Part shown: piece after piece, positions 18,606 through 32,300 of the stretch
Layout of the letters: each line of letters begins with the position of its first letter
How positions within the stretch are numbered: position 1 is the stretch's first letter
Assembly: GCA_041389985.1 (NCBI GenBank)
Contig: JAWKQS010000014.1
Location: forward strand, 14,553-78,552
Source: a bacterium
Lineage (GTDB): Bacteria; Myxococcota_A; Bradymonadia; UBA7976; UBA1532
Direction: 5' to 3'
DNA length: 64,000 nucleotides
Made by a program: the position numbers and the translations under genes
The notes under the pieces: model-generated
The model's database searches: none
What the model saw: the letters and a program-made list of their open reading frames with translations, nothing else
Told to the model about the DNA's origin: nothing

Positions 18606-19721
18606 GTGCTCATCTGCCCCGTCTGCGAGAGCATCTACCCCGCCGGCACCTACGACCGGTGCCCGCAGGATGGGGCGCCGCTCTATGTGTTCGGCGAGGG
18701 CGAGGTCAAGAAGCTCTTCGAGCCCGGGGACAAGGTCGGCGGCAAGTACGAGATCATCGAGGAGATCGCGCGGCGTGGCGGGGCGGGGCGGACGTTCCGG
18801 GCGCGGCAGACCAACCTGGATCGCGAGGTCGAGCTGCGGATTCTGCCGGCGGACAGCCTGATCAAGCCCGGCGACCAGGCGCGGTTCCAGCGCGAGGTCG
18901 AGACGTGGGGGAAGCTGCGCTCGGACTTCCTGGTGCGGCTGTACGACTCGGGCTTCACGGAGGACGGCGCGCCGTACATGGCGCTGGAGTACATGCCCGG
19001 CGGGACGCTGGGGCAGCGGCTGCGCATCGCGGGGCCTCTGGCCGACGCGCAGCTTCGGGTGGTGGCCGAGCACGCCTTGAAGGCCCTGGACGCGGCCCAC
19101 CAGGCGGGGGTGCTGCACCGCGACATCTCGCCCGACGCGCTGGTGCTCGGGAAGCGGGCCGATGGGCGGCCGTACTGTCGGCTGACGGGGTTCGGCCTGG
19201 CGAAGCTGATGGATGACATGGAGGATGACCCCACGGCCATCACCATGACGGGGCAGGTCATCGGCAACCCGGCCTACATGGCCCCCGAGACGATGATGCT
19301 CGGCACGCTGGAGCCGCGGACGGACCTGTATTCGCTGGGCGTCACACTCTACGAGCTGGCGTCGGGGCGGCGGCCGTTCGTCGGGGACTCGCTCGCCGAC
19401 CTGCTGGCGGCCCATGTGCGGGGGACGCCGACGCCGCTGCGCCAGTACCGGCCGGACCTGGAGCCGGCCCTGCGCATCGTCATCGACCGGCTGCTGGAGC
19501 GCGACCCGGCGAGCCGGTTCCAGACCGCGGCCGAGGCCGTCGTCGCGCTCCAGGACGAGCTGGCCGCCTGGCCCGACGCCGACGCCGGCTTCGCGCCCGC
19601 CGCCCCGGTGGCCCTGCCCGGCTGGCACCGGCCGCGGCAGACGCCGACCTGGCTGCCCTGGCTGCTCATCACCCTGGGCGCCATCGCTCTCGGCGTCATC
19701 GTCGGCGTCGCGCTGGCCTGA
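18606..19721 (+). CDS. Ser/Thr kinase-like protein (probable pseudokinase) with N-terminal zinc ribbon and C-terminal TM helix
   Basis: MLICPVCESIYPAGTYDRCPQDG. Kinase fold with degenerate motifs: HRDISPD, GFG instead of DFG, and no GxGxxG loop. APE present. C-terminal WLLITLGAIALGVIVGVALA. Confidence 0.65.
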   Translation: MLICPVCESIYPAGTYDRCPQDGAPLYVFGEGEVKKLFEPGDKVGGKYEIIEEIARRGGAGRTFRARQTNLDREVELRILPADSLIKPGDQARFQREVETWGKLRSDFLVRLYDSGFTEDGAPYMALEYMPGGTLGQRLRIAGPLADAQLRVVAEHALKALDAAHQAGVLHRDISPDALVLGKRADGRPYCRLTGFGLAKLMDDMEDDPTAITMTGQVIGNPAYMAPETMMLGTLEPRTDLYSLGVTLYELASGRRPFVGDSLADLLAAHVRGTPTPLRQYRPDLEPALRIVIDRLLERDPASRFQTAAEAVVALQDELAAWPDADAGFAPAAPVALPGWHRPRQTPTWLPWLLITLGAIALGVIVGVALA

Positions 19722-19776
19722 GGCCCGACGCGCCGGGTGGGCGGGCGAGGCCCGACCGAGCCGCAACCACCCGGAA

Positions 19777-20891
19777 CTACTCGAAAACTGCCTCCACCGC
19801 GTCCTCGCTCGGGTGGACGAGCCGGCCGACGATGGACAGCCACGTCAGGGCCGCGGTGACGGCCAGCGTGATGGCGATGCCGAGGCAGAGCTCGGTGAGG
19901 CCGGGGCGCTGGCCGAAGGCGGCCAGCAGGAGCGCGGCGCCGGCGGCGATCGCGGCGACGAGGACGAACCGGCTGCGGGCCTGCGTCCAGGCGTCGTCCA
20001 GCGTCCGGCCCAGGCCGCGGCCGCCGTGGGCGACGGCGAGCAGGGCAAGGCCAGCGACCCCCTGGGCGATCAGGAAGAGCGTGCCGAAGGGTCGGGGCTC
20101 GAGGACGAGGGCGGCCAGGAGCGCCAGGCTCGTCGCGCCCGAGGCGACGAAGGCGGCGCTGGCGAGCCGCATCCGGGGGACGCGCCAGAGGGGCAGGCCC
20201 GCGACGAGCATGCCGGCGCCGGCCAGCGCCTCGACGGCGAAGAGCACCCGCATGGGGGTGTCGCGGGCGAGGGCGATGAGGTGGCCGTGGCCCGCGATCC
20301 CCAGGAGCGCGAGGGCCACCGTCGCCGCCAGGCGCAGGTGCAGGCCCCGCCGGTGGCCCACAGCACCGCCACTACCGCGACCAGCAGCGCCGTGGCGTGC
20401 AGCATCTCGCCCAGGCGCCAGCTGCTCGCCGCCAGGCGCGGCGCGAGCTGTGCCCCCACGACGAGCACGATCGTAGCGAGGCTGAGCAGGCTCTGGCCCA
20501 CGTCCCGGCGGCGGCGCTCCAGGCCGATGACCAGGCAGACGGCGGCCGCCTCGGCGCCCACCGACAGGGCCTTCGCCAGCAGGGTGAGCGTCTGCGGGTC
20601 GACCCGGGAGAGGCCGTCGGTCAGCAGGAGCAGGCCGATCGTCGCCTCTCCCATGGCCCGGCCGATCAGGCAGAGCCCGGCGGCCACCAGCAGGCCGCCG
20701 CGGCCGGCCGAGGCGAGGCGCAAGGCGCCCATCGCCGAGATGATCAGGCCCGTGGCCGTGACGACCTGCTCGGCGGCCCAGCGGCTCTGCATCGGCCCAT
20801 CCACCCCCGACCACACGAGCTGCAGGGCCGAGGGCGCGAAGACCGGGATCAGCAGGCCCCCGAGGAGGAGGCGAAGCCCGCGGGGCGGCAT
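19777..20891 (-). CDS. Integral membrane protein (hypothetical); apparent frameshift near 20340-20400
   Basis: Multiple hydrophobic helices split between ORFs 20070..20891 and 19777..21033. ATG overlaps the ptrB stop (TGATG). Confidence 0.45.
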
Positions 20892-23041
20892 CAGCGCCAG
20901 CGCTGGAGGCTGGGATCGAGGATCTGCAGGAAGAAGGCGTACACCAGCGCGGTCTTCTCGTAGCGCTTGTAGCGCCCCGACGCGCCGCCATGGCCCGAGT
21001 CCATGTCGGTGTCGAGCAGCAGCAGGTGGTCATCGGTCCGCAGGCTGCGCTGCTTCGCCACCCACTTCGCCGGCTCGAAGTACTGCACCTGGGAGTCGTG
21101 CAAGCCGGTGGTCACGATGAGGTGGGGGTAGGCGGTGGCCTTCAGGTTGTCGTAGGGCGAGTACGACAGCATGTAGTCGTAGGAGGCCTTCTCGTTGGGG
21201 TTGCCCCACTCGTCGTACTCGCCGGTGGTGAGGGGGATGCTCTCGTCCAGCATGGTGGTGACGACGTCGACGAAGGGCACGGCGGCGTGCAGGCCGCGGT
21301 AGAGGTCGGGCCGCAGGTTCATGACGGCGCCGATGAGGAGGCCGCCGGCGCTGCCGCCCCCGGCGAAGACCTGGTCGGGGGCGGCGTAGCCCTGCTGGAC
21401 CAGGTGGGTCGTCACATCGATGAAGTCATTGAAAGTGTTCATCTTCTTGAACATCTTGCCGTCGTCGTACCACGCCCGGCCCAGCTCCTGGCCGCCCCGG
21501 ATGTGGGCGATGGCGACCACGAAGCCCCGGTCCAGCAGGGAGAGCCAGCCGGGGTTGAAGTCGGGGTCGATGGAGTAGCCGTAGGAGCCGTAGCCGTACT
21601 GGTAGAGCGGCGCGGTGCCGTCGATGGGCGTGGACGCCCGCCGCACCACCGACACCGGCACGCGGGCCCCGTCGCGGGCCGGCGCCCACACGCGCTCGAC
21701 GACGTAGTTCGCGGGGTCGAACCCGCCCAGCACCTCGTCGCGCTTGAGCAGCGTCCGCGCCCCCGTGGCCATGTCGTACTCGAAGACCGAGTCGGGGGTG
21801 CGCAGCGAGCCGTAGAGGTAGCGCAGCTTCGTCGACGCGGGCTCCGGGTTCTGGCCGGGGGCCAGCGCCGCCACGAAGACCGCCTCGTCGACCGGCACCG
21901 CCTTGCTCTCGCCGTCGGCCCAGCGGATGACCCGCAGCGTCTGCAGCGCGTCCTTGCGCTCCTCGACCGCCAGCCAGCCGTCGAACGGGAGCACGGCGCC
22001 CAGGAAGGTGTCGTCGCGGTGGGGCAGGATCTCCGTCCAGGTGCTCCGGTCGGCCGAGGTGGCCACCGGCGCCTTCATCAGCCGGAAGTTGCGGGCCTGC
22101 CAGTTGGTCCGGATGTAGAAGGCGTCGCCGTGGTGCCAGACCGCGTACTCATGCTCGGGGCTGCGCGGCACCACCGGCTGGAAGGTGCCGAGGGGATCGG
22201 CCGCGTCGAGGACGAGCACCTCGCTCACCAGGGTGCTCCAGGTCTCGATCTCGACGAAGCGCCGGGAGCGGCCCCGGTCGATGCCGACGTAGAAGGCCTC
22301 GTCCTTCTCGTCGAAGACCAGCACGTCCTCGGCGGCGGGGCGGCCGAGCTGGTGGCGCCACACCTGGCAGGGCCGCAGCGTCGTCTCGTCCTTCTTCACG
22401 TAGAAGACGGTCTGGTCGTCGGCGGCCCAGGCGAGGTCGCCCGCCATCTGCGAGACCCCGTCCGCGAAGACCTCACCCGTGCGTAGATCCTTGATCTTCA
22501 ACACGTATTGCCGCCGACCCACGTCATCTTCGGACCAGGCCAGGAGCTGCTCGTTCTCGCTGATCTCCAGGTCGCCCACCTGGAAGAAGGCGTGGCCCTC
22601 GGCCAGGGCGTTGACGTCGAGGATGACCTGCTCCGGGGCCTCCATGCTGCCGGCCCGGCGGCAGTAGATGGGGTACTCCTTCCCGTCGGCGAACCGCGAG
22701 TAGTACCAGTAGCCGCGGCGCTGGACCGGGACGGAGGCGTCGTCCTTCTTCAGCCGCCCCTTCAGCTCCTCGAACAAGCTGGCCTGCAGGGCCTCGGTCG
22801 GCTTCATCACCGCGCGGGTGTAGGCGTTCTCGGCGTTCAGCCAGGCGAGCACCTCCGGGGCGGCGCGCTCGTCGTCGCGCAGCCAGTACCAGGGGTCCTG
22901 GCGGGTGTGGCCGTGGATCTCCAGGGCGTGGGGGATCTGGCGGGCGACGGGCGGCACGGGCCGATCGGTCATGGGAGCCTCGGGCTTTCGGGGGGCGCCA
23001 CAGGCGGCGGTGAGCAGGGCGATGAGGGGGACGAGCCGCAT
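20891..23041 (-). CDS. ptrB: Oligopeptidase B / protease II (S9A prolyl oligopeptidase family)
   Basis: ATG 23041 with GGAGGT RBS. Lipoprotein-like N-terminus MRLVPLIALLTAACG. Catalytic Ser motif GGSAGGLL. Full-length propeller plus peptidase domains. Confidence 0.85.
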   Translation of the reverse strand: MRLVPLIALLTAACGAPRKPEAPMTDRPVPPVARQIPHALEIHGHTRQDPWYWLRDDERAAPEVLAWLNAENAYTRAVMKPTEALQASLFEELKGRLKKDDASVPVQRRGYWYYSRFADGKEYPIYCRRAGSMEAPEQVILDVNALAEGHAFFQVGDLEISENEQLLAWSEDDVGRRQYVLKIKDLRTGEVFADGVSQMAGDLAWAADDQTVFYVKKDETTLRPCQVWRHQLGRPAAEDVLVFDEKDEAFYVGIDRGRSRRFVEIETWSTLVSEVLVLDAADPLGTFQPVVPRSPEHEYAVWHHGDAFYIRTNWQARNFRLMKAPVATSADRSTWTEILPHRDDTFLGAVLPFDGWLAVEERKDALQTLRVIRWADGESKAVPVDEAVFVAALAPGQNPEPASTKLRYLYGSLRTPDSVFEYDMATGARTLLKRDEVLGGFDPANYVVERVWAPARDGARVPVSVVRRASTPIDGTAPLYQYGYGSYGYSIDPDFNPGWLSLLDRGFVVAIAHIRGGQELGRAWYDDGKMFKKMNTFNDFIDVTTHLVQQGYAAPDQVFAGGGSAGGLLIGAVMNLRPDLYRGLHAAVPFVDVVTTMLDESIPLTTGEYDEWGNPNEKASYDYMLSYSPYDNLKATAYPHLIVTTGLHDSQVQYFEPAKWVAKQRSLRTDDHLLLLDTDMDSGHGGASGRYKRYEKTALVYAFFLQILDPSLQRWR

Positions 23042-23097
23042 GGGGACCTCCGGGGGGCGATCCCCGGAGGCTGCCACACCTCCCCGGTTGCCCAGGC

Positions 23098-26000
23098 TCA
23101 GCGGCGGATGATCAGGTTGTAGTGGACGACCGCCTCCAGCGGGGTGACGACCACGTAGTAGGTACCCGCGTTGAGGCCGAGGGTGGTGGACGGCCCCACG
23201 TCGAGGCTGCCGTCCACCTGGCGGAGGCGCTGCCCGAAGCCGTTGTAGAGCTCCAGGCGGACGCGCCCGAAGTGGGCGCCGTAGGTCACGGCGATGGTGG
23301 TCTCCCGGCGCTGGTCCAGCCGGAAGCTGTAGCGATCCACCGGGTCGAAGCCGGTGCAGACGTCGAGGTCGCGGTACTCCTGGTTGTCCAGGAACCGGAT
23401 CTGGCGCACATCCTCGTTGGGATCGAGGGCGTCCACGCAATCGAAGCAGCCCGGGGGGCCCCCGGCGTCGTTGCAGAACACGACCGGCTCCACCGTGAGG
23501 CTCGCGGAGTAGCCCAGCGGGGCGTCGAGCTGGCTGCCGTCCACCAGCGCGATCAGGATGGCCGGATCGAAGACCAGCAGCTCGACGCCGCCGTCCACCG
23601 ACCGCCCCACGGCGTCGCCGTCGAGGGTGAAGACGCCGACCTGGGCCAGGGCGTCGACCGCCGCGCCCAGCGTCGCGAAGCGCACCCAGGCGGGGCCATC
23701 GGTGCCGAACAGGTAGTAGTCCTGGGGATCGAAGTCCTGGCAGAGGGTCAGGCCCTCGGTGATCCCCGGATCGATGGGGGCGGCGTCGTCGGGGACGTCG
23801 TTGTCTTCCAGCGCGTCGTCGCAGGCCGAGAGCGCCCGGCAGGGGCCCCAGTCCGCCCACTGGCCGGCGTCGTCGCAGACGCGCTGCTGCTGGCCAGGCT
23901 GGCCGCCGGCGTTGCAGGCGCGCTCCTCCACCGCGCCGGGCTGGCACTCGATGGGCGAAGCCTGGACGGTCAGGGTGCTCTGGCCCGAAGAGAAGCGGAA
24001 GCCGTCCACGAACAGGTACCAGGTGCCCGCCGGCAGGATCTCCTCGATGCGCGACCAGTTGCCCTGGCCGCCGTCGTCGTCGCACGCGATCTCGGTGCCC
24101 TGATCGAGGCAGTCGGCGCGCAGGAAGAGCGCGGTGTCGTAGTCGGCCCGCGTGATCTCGAAGATCACGTGCACCGGGGCATCGTTGCTGAAGCGCAGCA
24201 CCTGCTCGCCGCCCGCCGCGTTGCCCGCGCAGCTCGCGAGGTGCCGGCTGACCCGGTTGCGGGTGTCGAAGCCGTAGGTGGCGCCGTTCTCCAGCACGTC
24301 GAGGTCGTAGGCCAGGTCCAGGCAGGGATCATCGGGCGAGACGCAGGCGCTCCAGTCGCCCCAGGCGCCCTGGAGGCAGGTGCGCACCTGCTGGCCGCGA
24401 TCCTGGTTGCAGCCGCGCTGCTCCTGGGCCCCGTCCACGCAGACGTCGGGATCGACGCAGCCACCGAAGCCGCCCCACTGGCCGGCGGCGCAGACGCGGG
24501 TGCGGGTGCCGCGCCCGTTGAGGCCGCAGGCCTCGTCCTCGCTGGCGCCGTCCACGCAGACGTCGGGATCCGCGCACATGCCGTAGGCGCCCCACTGCCC
24601 GTTCACGCAGGTCCGGGATCGCATCCCGCGGCCGTTCTGGCCGCAGGCCTGGGACTGATCGGCGCCATCGCGGCACACATCGGGATCGGCGCAGTCGCTC
24701 CACCGCTGCCAGAGGCCGCCCGCGCAGAGCCGCGCCTGGGTGCCGCGGTTGTTGAGGCCGCAGGCCCGGTTCTCCATCGCGCCGTCGCGGCACTCCCCCG
24801 CGCCGATGCAGGCGGACCAGTCGGCCCACTGCCCGGCGACGCACTCGCGCCGCTCCTCGCCGTTGCCATTGGGACCACAGACCCGGGTCTCTTCGCGGCC
24901 ATCCACGCACACATCGGGATCCTGGCAGGCCGAGAACGCGCCCCAGCGGCCATTGGCGCACTGGCGAGACTGGGCGCCCCGCCCGTTGAGGCCGCAGGCC
25001 TGCTCTTCCACCGCGCCATCCCGGCAGATGTCGGGATCCACGCACATGCCCCAGTCACCCCACCGGCCCGCCGCACAGAGGCGAGCCTGGGCCCCGCGGC
25101 CGTTGACGCCGCACGCCCGCGACTCCTCGGCCCCGTCCAGGCACTGGTCGGGATCCGCGCACATGCCCCAGTCGCTCCACTGGCCGCGCCGGCACTGGCG
25201 AGCCTGGGTACCGCGGGCGTTGAGGCCGCAGCCGCGGTTCTCGGTGCGGCCGTCCACGCAGACGTCGGGATCCACGCAGGCGCTCCAGGCGCCCCAGGCG
25301 CCCCCGGCGCAGACGCGCTCCTGGCTGCCCCGGCCGTTGAGGCCGCAGCCACGCTGCTGCCGATCCCCGTTGCCGCAGTCGGCGTTGACCACGCACTCGC
25401 CGAAGCCGCCCCACTGGCCATCCGCACACGTCCGCACCTGGGTGCCGTTGCCGCCGTCGCCGCAGGCGCGCTCTTCTTCAGCGCCGTCCACGCACACGTC
25501 GTCGTCCCGGCAGGCCCCGAAGTCGCCCCACTGGCCGGCCGCGCAGGTCCGCGTCCGCAGCCCGCGGCCGTTGAGCCCGCAGGCCTGGTCCTCGGTGCGA
25601 CCGTCGAGGCAGACGTCGGGATCGGCGCACGCCCCCCAGGCCCCGAACACCCCGTTCATGCAGGCGCGGCTCTGGGTGCCGCGGCCGTTGAGGCCGCAGG
25701 CCCGCGTCTCCGGCACGCCATCCTCACAGCGATCCGGATCCTGGCAGGCGCCATACTCACCCCACTGGCCCTGCTGGCAGGTGCGCGTCTCGACGCCCCC
25801 GCCGTTGAGGCCGCAGGCGCGCTGCTCCTCGGAGCCATCGGCGCACACATCGGGATCGGCACACGCCGACCAGGGGCCGAAGCGGTTGTCCACGCAAATA
25901 CGCCGCTGAGCGCCGCGGCCGTTGAGACCACAGGGGCGCTCCTCCTCGCGGCCGGGCAGGCAGTCCGCCACCTGCTCGCAGGCCCCGAACTCGCCCCACT

Positions 26001-26919
26001 GGCCGTTCACGCACGTGCGGCTGTGCTGGCCCAGGCCATCGGCCCCACAGGCCTCGACCTCCTCGGCCGTGTCGCGGCAGACGTCGACGTCGACGCACTC
26101 CCCCTCGGGCACCCACTGGCCGTCCCCGCAGCTCTCGCGCACCTCCCCGCGCCCGTTGAGGCCGCAGGGCACGGATCGCTCGCTGCCGTTGGTGCAGGCA
26201 TCGGGATCGACGCAGGCTTCCCAGGCCGCCCACGCGCCGTCGGCGCCGCAGGCACGCACCTGGCTGCCCCGCTCGTTGAAGCCGCAGGCGCGCTCCTCCG
26301 TGGCCCCGGGATCACAGGCACCCGGCGCCTGACAGTCGCCCCAGGCCCCCCAGTGGCCGCCCTCGCATGCGCGAGTCGCCTCGCCCCGATCGTCCGCGCC
26401 ACAGGCGCGCCGGTCGACGCGACCATCGACGCACTCGTCGGGATCGGCGCAGGCATCCCACATCGGCCAGTTGCCCTGGTTGTCGCAGGTCCGCCGCTCC
26501 ACCCCCCGGCCATTGAGGCCGCAGGCGCGCTCTTCCTCCTGGCCCGTGCTGCACTCCCCCAGGCGACACTCGCTCCAGGCGCTCCACTGCCCCTCGGCGC
26601 CGTGGCGGTGGCGGGCGCCCGCCATCGCAGCCCTCCGGGTCGGTCTCCTCGGCCCCGTCCGAGCAGATGTCGGGATCAGCGCACTCGCCGAACGCCGTCC
26701 ACATCCCCCCGGGGCAGGTGCGCAGCTCCTCGCCCCGTCCGTTGATGCCGCAGGGCCGGCGCTCCTCGTCGCCGGGCGTGCAGGCCCCGCCGACGGCCGC
26801 GTCGGGCGCCGCGTCGCCCGCGGCGTCGGGCTGCCCCTCTCCCGTGAGATCCGGGTTGTCATCGGTGCAGGCGGCCAGCCCGAGCAGCAGGCTGGCCAGG
26901 AGCAGCGCGCGTGTACGCA
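23098..26919 (-). CDS. Large secreted protein with about 21 tandem TSP1-like repeats and a C-terminal PPC-like domain; apparent frameshift near 26615-26635
   Basis: Signal peptide MRTRALLLASLLLGLAAC (ORF 26312..26950 frame). About 40-aa repeats ACGLNGRGxQxRxCxxGQWGxWGxCxDPDVCxDGxxE resemble the thrombospondin type-1 pattern W..W..C..CG.G.Q.R.C. C-terminal ...ACDDDGGQGNWSRIEEILPAGTWYLFVDGF. Confidence 0.65.
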   Translation of the reverse strand, partial: CVHARCSWPACCSGWPPAPMTTRISRERGSPTPRATRRPTRPSAGPARPATRSAGPAASTDGARSCAPAPGGCGRRSASALIPTSARTGPRRPTRRAAMAGARHRHGAEGQWSAWSECRLGECSTGQEEERACGLNGRGVERRTCDNQGNWPMWDACADPDECVDGRVDRRACGADDRGEATRACEGGHWGAWGDCQAPGACDPGATEERACGFNERGSQVRACGADGAWAAWEACVDPDACTNGSERSVPCGLNGRGEVRESCGDGQWVPEGECVDVDVCRDTAEEVEACGADGLGQHSRTCVNGQWGEFGACEQVADCLPGREEERPCGLNGRGAQRRICVDNRFGPWSACADPDVCADGSEEQRACGLNGGGVETRTCQQGQWGEYGACQDPDRCEDGVPETRACGLNGRGTQSRACMNGVFGAWGACADPDVCLDGRTEDQACGLNGRGLRTRTCAAGQWGDFGACRDDDVCVDGAEEERACGDGGNGTQVRTCADGQWGGFGECVVNADCGNGDRQQRGCGLNGRGSQERVCAGGAWGAWSACVDPDVCVDGRTENRGCGLNARGTQARQCRRGQWSDWGMCADPDQCLDGAEESRACGVNGRGAQARLCAAGRWGDWGMCVDPDICRDGAVEEQACGLNGRGAQSRQCANGRWGAFSACQDPDVCVDGREETRVCGPNGNGEERRECVAGQWADWSACIGAGECRDGAMENRACGLNNRGTQARLCAGGLWQRWSDCADPDVCRDGADQSQACGQNGRGMRSRTCVNGQWGAYGMCADPDVCVDGASEDEACGLNGRGTRTRVCAAGQWGGFGGCVDPDVCVDGAQEQRGCNQDRGQQVRTCLQGAWGDWSACVSPDDPCLDLAYDLDVLENGATYGFDTRNRVSRHLASCAGNAAGGEQVLRFSNDAPVHVIFEITRADYDTALFLRADCLDQGTEIACDDDGGQGNWSRIEEILPAGTWYLFVDGFRFSSGQSTLTVQASPIECQPGAVEERACNAGGQPGQQQRVCDDAGQWADWGPCRALSACDDALEDNDVPDDAAPIDPGITEGLTLCQDFDPQDYYLFGTDGPAWVRFATLGAAVDALAQVGVFTLDGDAVGRSVDGGVELLVFDPAILIALVDGSQLDAPLGYSASLTVEPVVFCNDAGGPPGCFDCVDALDPNEDVRQIRFLDNQEYRDLDVCTGFDPVDRYSFRLDQRRETTIAVTYGAHFGRVRLELYNGFGQRLRQVDGSLDVGPSTTLGLNAGTYYVVVTPLEAVVHYNLIIRR

Positions 26920-27050
26920 TGGTGGGTCCCCCCTCGAAAGCAGAGACCAAAATAACTCAAGCGGCCACGACGAATCGAGCGGCAATCCAGGCCCGCGGGT
27001 GACCGGGGCGGTGCTCGCACACGGACCCATATGTAGGGAAATCAGGTACT

Positions 27051-30708
<3,658 letters not shown>

Positions 30709-30709
<1 letters not shown>

Positions 30710-31638
30710 CAAAGCCTCCGGGCGTGCACGGTCAGGACGGTGAAGTGAGGGGGGCGCCGCTCCCGCTGGGTGGGGGCGCAGAGCTCGACGGCGAAGCCGG
30801 CGGCGGCCAGGCGAGCGGCCAGTGCGTCGGCGTCGAAGCCGGGCTGGCGGTGGTCGTAGCGGGCCACCGCCTCGGCGTGCTCGTGGGCGGCCAGGGTCAC
30901 GGCCACGAGCTGGCCACCGGGGCGCAGCACGCGGGCCGCCTCGCCGAGGACACGATCGGGATCGTCGGCGTGGCAGAGGGCGCCCAGCAGCAGCGCGGCG
31001 TCGAAGCGGGCATCGGGCAGCGGCAGGGCGTGCATGTCGCCGCGCACGAAGCGCACATTGCCCAGCGCGCGCAGGCGCGCCTGGCCGGCCGCCGTCACGC
31101 GGGCGCTCCAGTCCACGCACGTCACCGACCGCACCCGGGGGGAGAGCAGCTCGGCCAGGGCGCCGTCCCCCGACGCGATGTCCACCACGTCCCCCAGCCG
31201 CACCAGGCCCACCGCCCCGCGGGCGAACGAGGCCCAGGTGCGGCCCGGCGAGTAGTGCCGCGCCATGCGGCCGGCCACCTGGTCGGCCCACGTCTCCCCC
31301 GACCGGGCCCGGACCACCTCGGCCACGCGCCGCCGATCGTCGGCCAGCACCGGATCGCGGGTCTGATCGGCCACCAGGGCCCAGAGCTGCCGGGCGGCCG
31401 GGGGCATGGCGTCGAGGGCGTACAGGGCCGAGGTGCCCTGGGGCTCCACCGTCACCAGGCCGGCCTCGCGCAGCCGCGCCAGGTGCGTCGACACCCGCGA
31501 CTGGCCCAGCCCCGTGACGCGCACCAGCTCGGCCACCGTGAGGGGCTCGACCCCCAGGGCGCTCAGCAGGCGCACCCGGGTGGCGTCCCCGAGGAGGCGG
31601 CAGAGATCGGTGGCGGCGGCCAGGTCAACCATGGGCAT
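30709..31638 (-). CDS. ArsR-family HTH fused to SAM-dependent methyltransferase
   Basis: Motifs [28 protein letters not shown]...[30 protein letters not shown] and [15 protein letters not shown]. Stop overlaps the metH start (TGATG). Confidence 0.75.
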
Positions 31639-31722
31639 CCGTTTATCAGGATGGACGGATGAAGTAAATCGGGAGAGCGCCCCGGGGCGCGATGGCGGAA
31701 GATGCCGGCCCGGAGGTGCCCC

Positions 31723-32223
31723 ATGCTCGATCTGCTCGCCGAGGCCGAGGCCGCCCTGCCCACGCTGCTCGCCGACGCCGCCGCCTGGCGCAGCCTGCGC
31801 ATCGACTACCACCCGCCCATCGTGGAGCGGCTGTTCCGGCCCTTCGGCGACGGCGGCCGCCTGAGCCTGCACCGGGCGTGGCCCTGCGATCCGGGCGAGG
31901 CGCTCTTCCACCCGCACCCCTGGCCCAGCGCGATGCGCATCGTCAGCGGGCGCTACCGGATGATCGTCGGGCACGGCCCCGGGGTGGTCGCGCCCCCGGT
32001 GGCCGCCACCCTCGAGCTGGCCGCCGGATCCACCTACACCATGACCGATCCCGACGCCTGGCACGCCATCTCGCCCATCGGGGGGCCCTCCCTGTCGGTG
32101 ATGGTCACGGGCCGCCCGTGGGATCGCCCGGCGCCCGTCGAGCCGACCGGGCCGCTGGGGCCCGTCGCGCCGGCGGACGTGGCCGCGCTCCTCGCCGCCT
32201 TCCGCGCGGTCTACGCGGCGTAG
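31723..32223 (+). CDS. Hypothetical protein
   Basis: ATG with GGAGG 5 nt upstream. Protein-like composition. Divergent from the ArsR-MTase gene. Confidence 0.45.
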   Translation: MLDLLAEAEAALPTLLADAAAWRSLRIDYHPPIVERLFRPFGDGGRLSLHRAWPCDPGEALFHPHPWPSAMRIVSGRYRMIVGHGPGVVAPPVAATLELAAGSTYTMTDPDAWHAISPIGGPSLSVMVTGRPWDRPAPVEPTGPLGPVAPADVAALLAAFRAVYAA

Positions 32224-32300
32224 GCGGCCGCCGGTCGCGTCGGGGCATCATCGTCCCGGCGGCGCTGACAGGCCGCCCCGCTGCATGCTAGGACTGCGAC

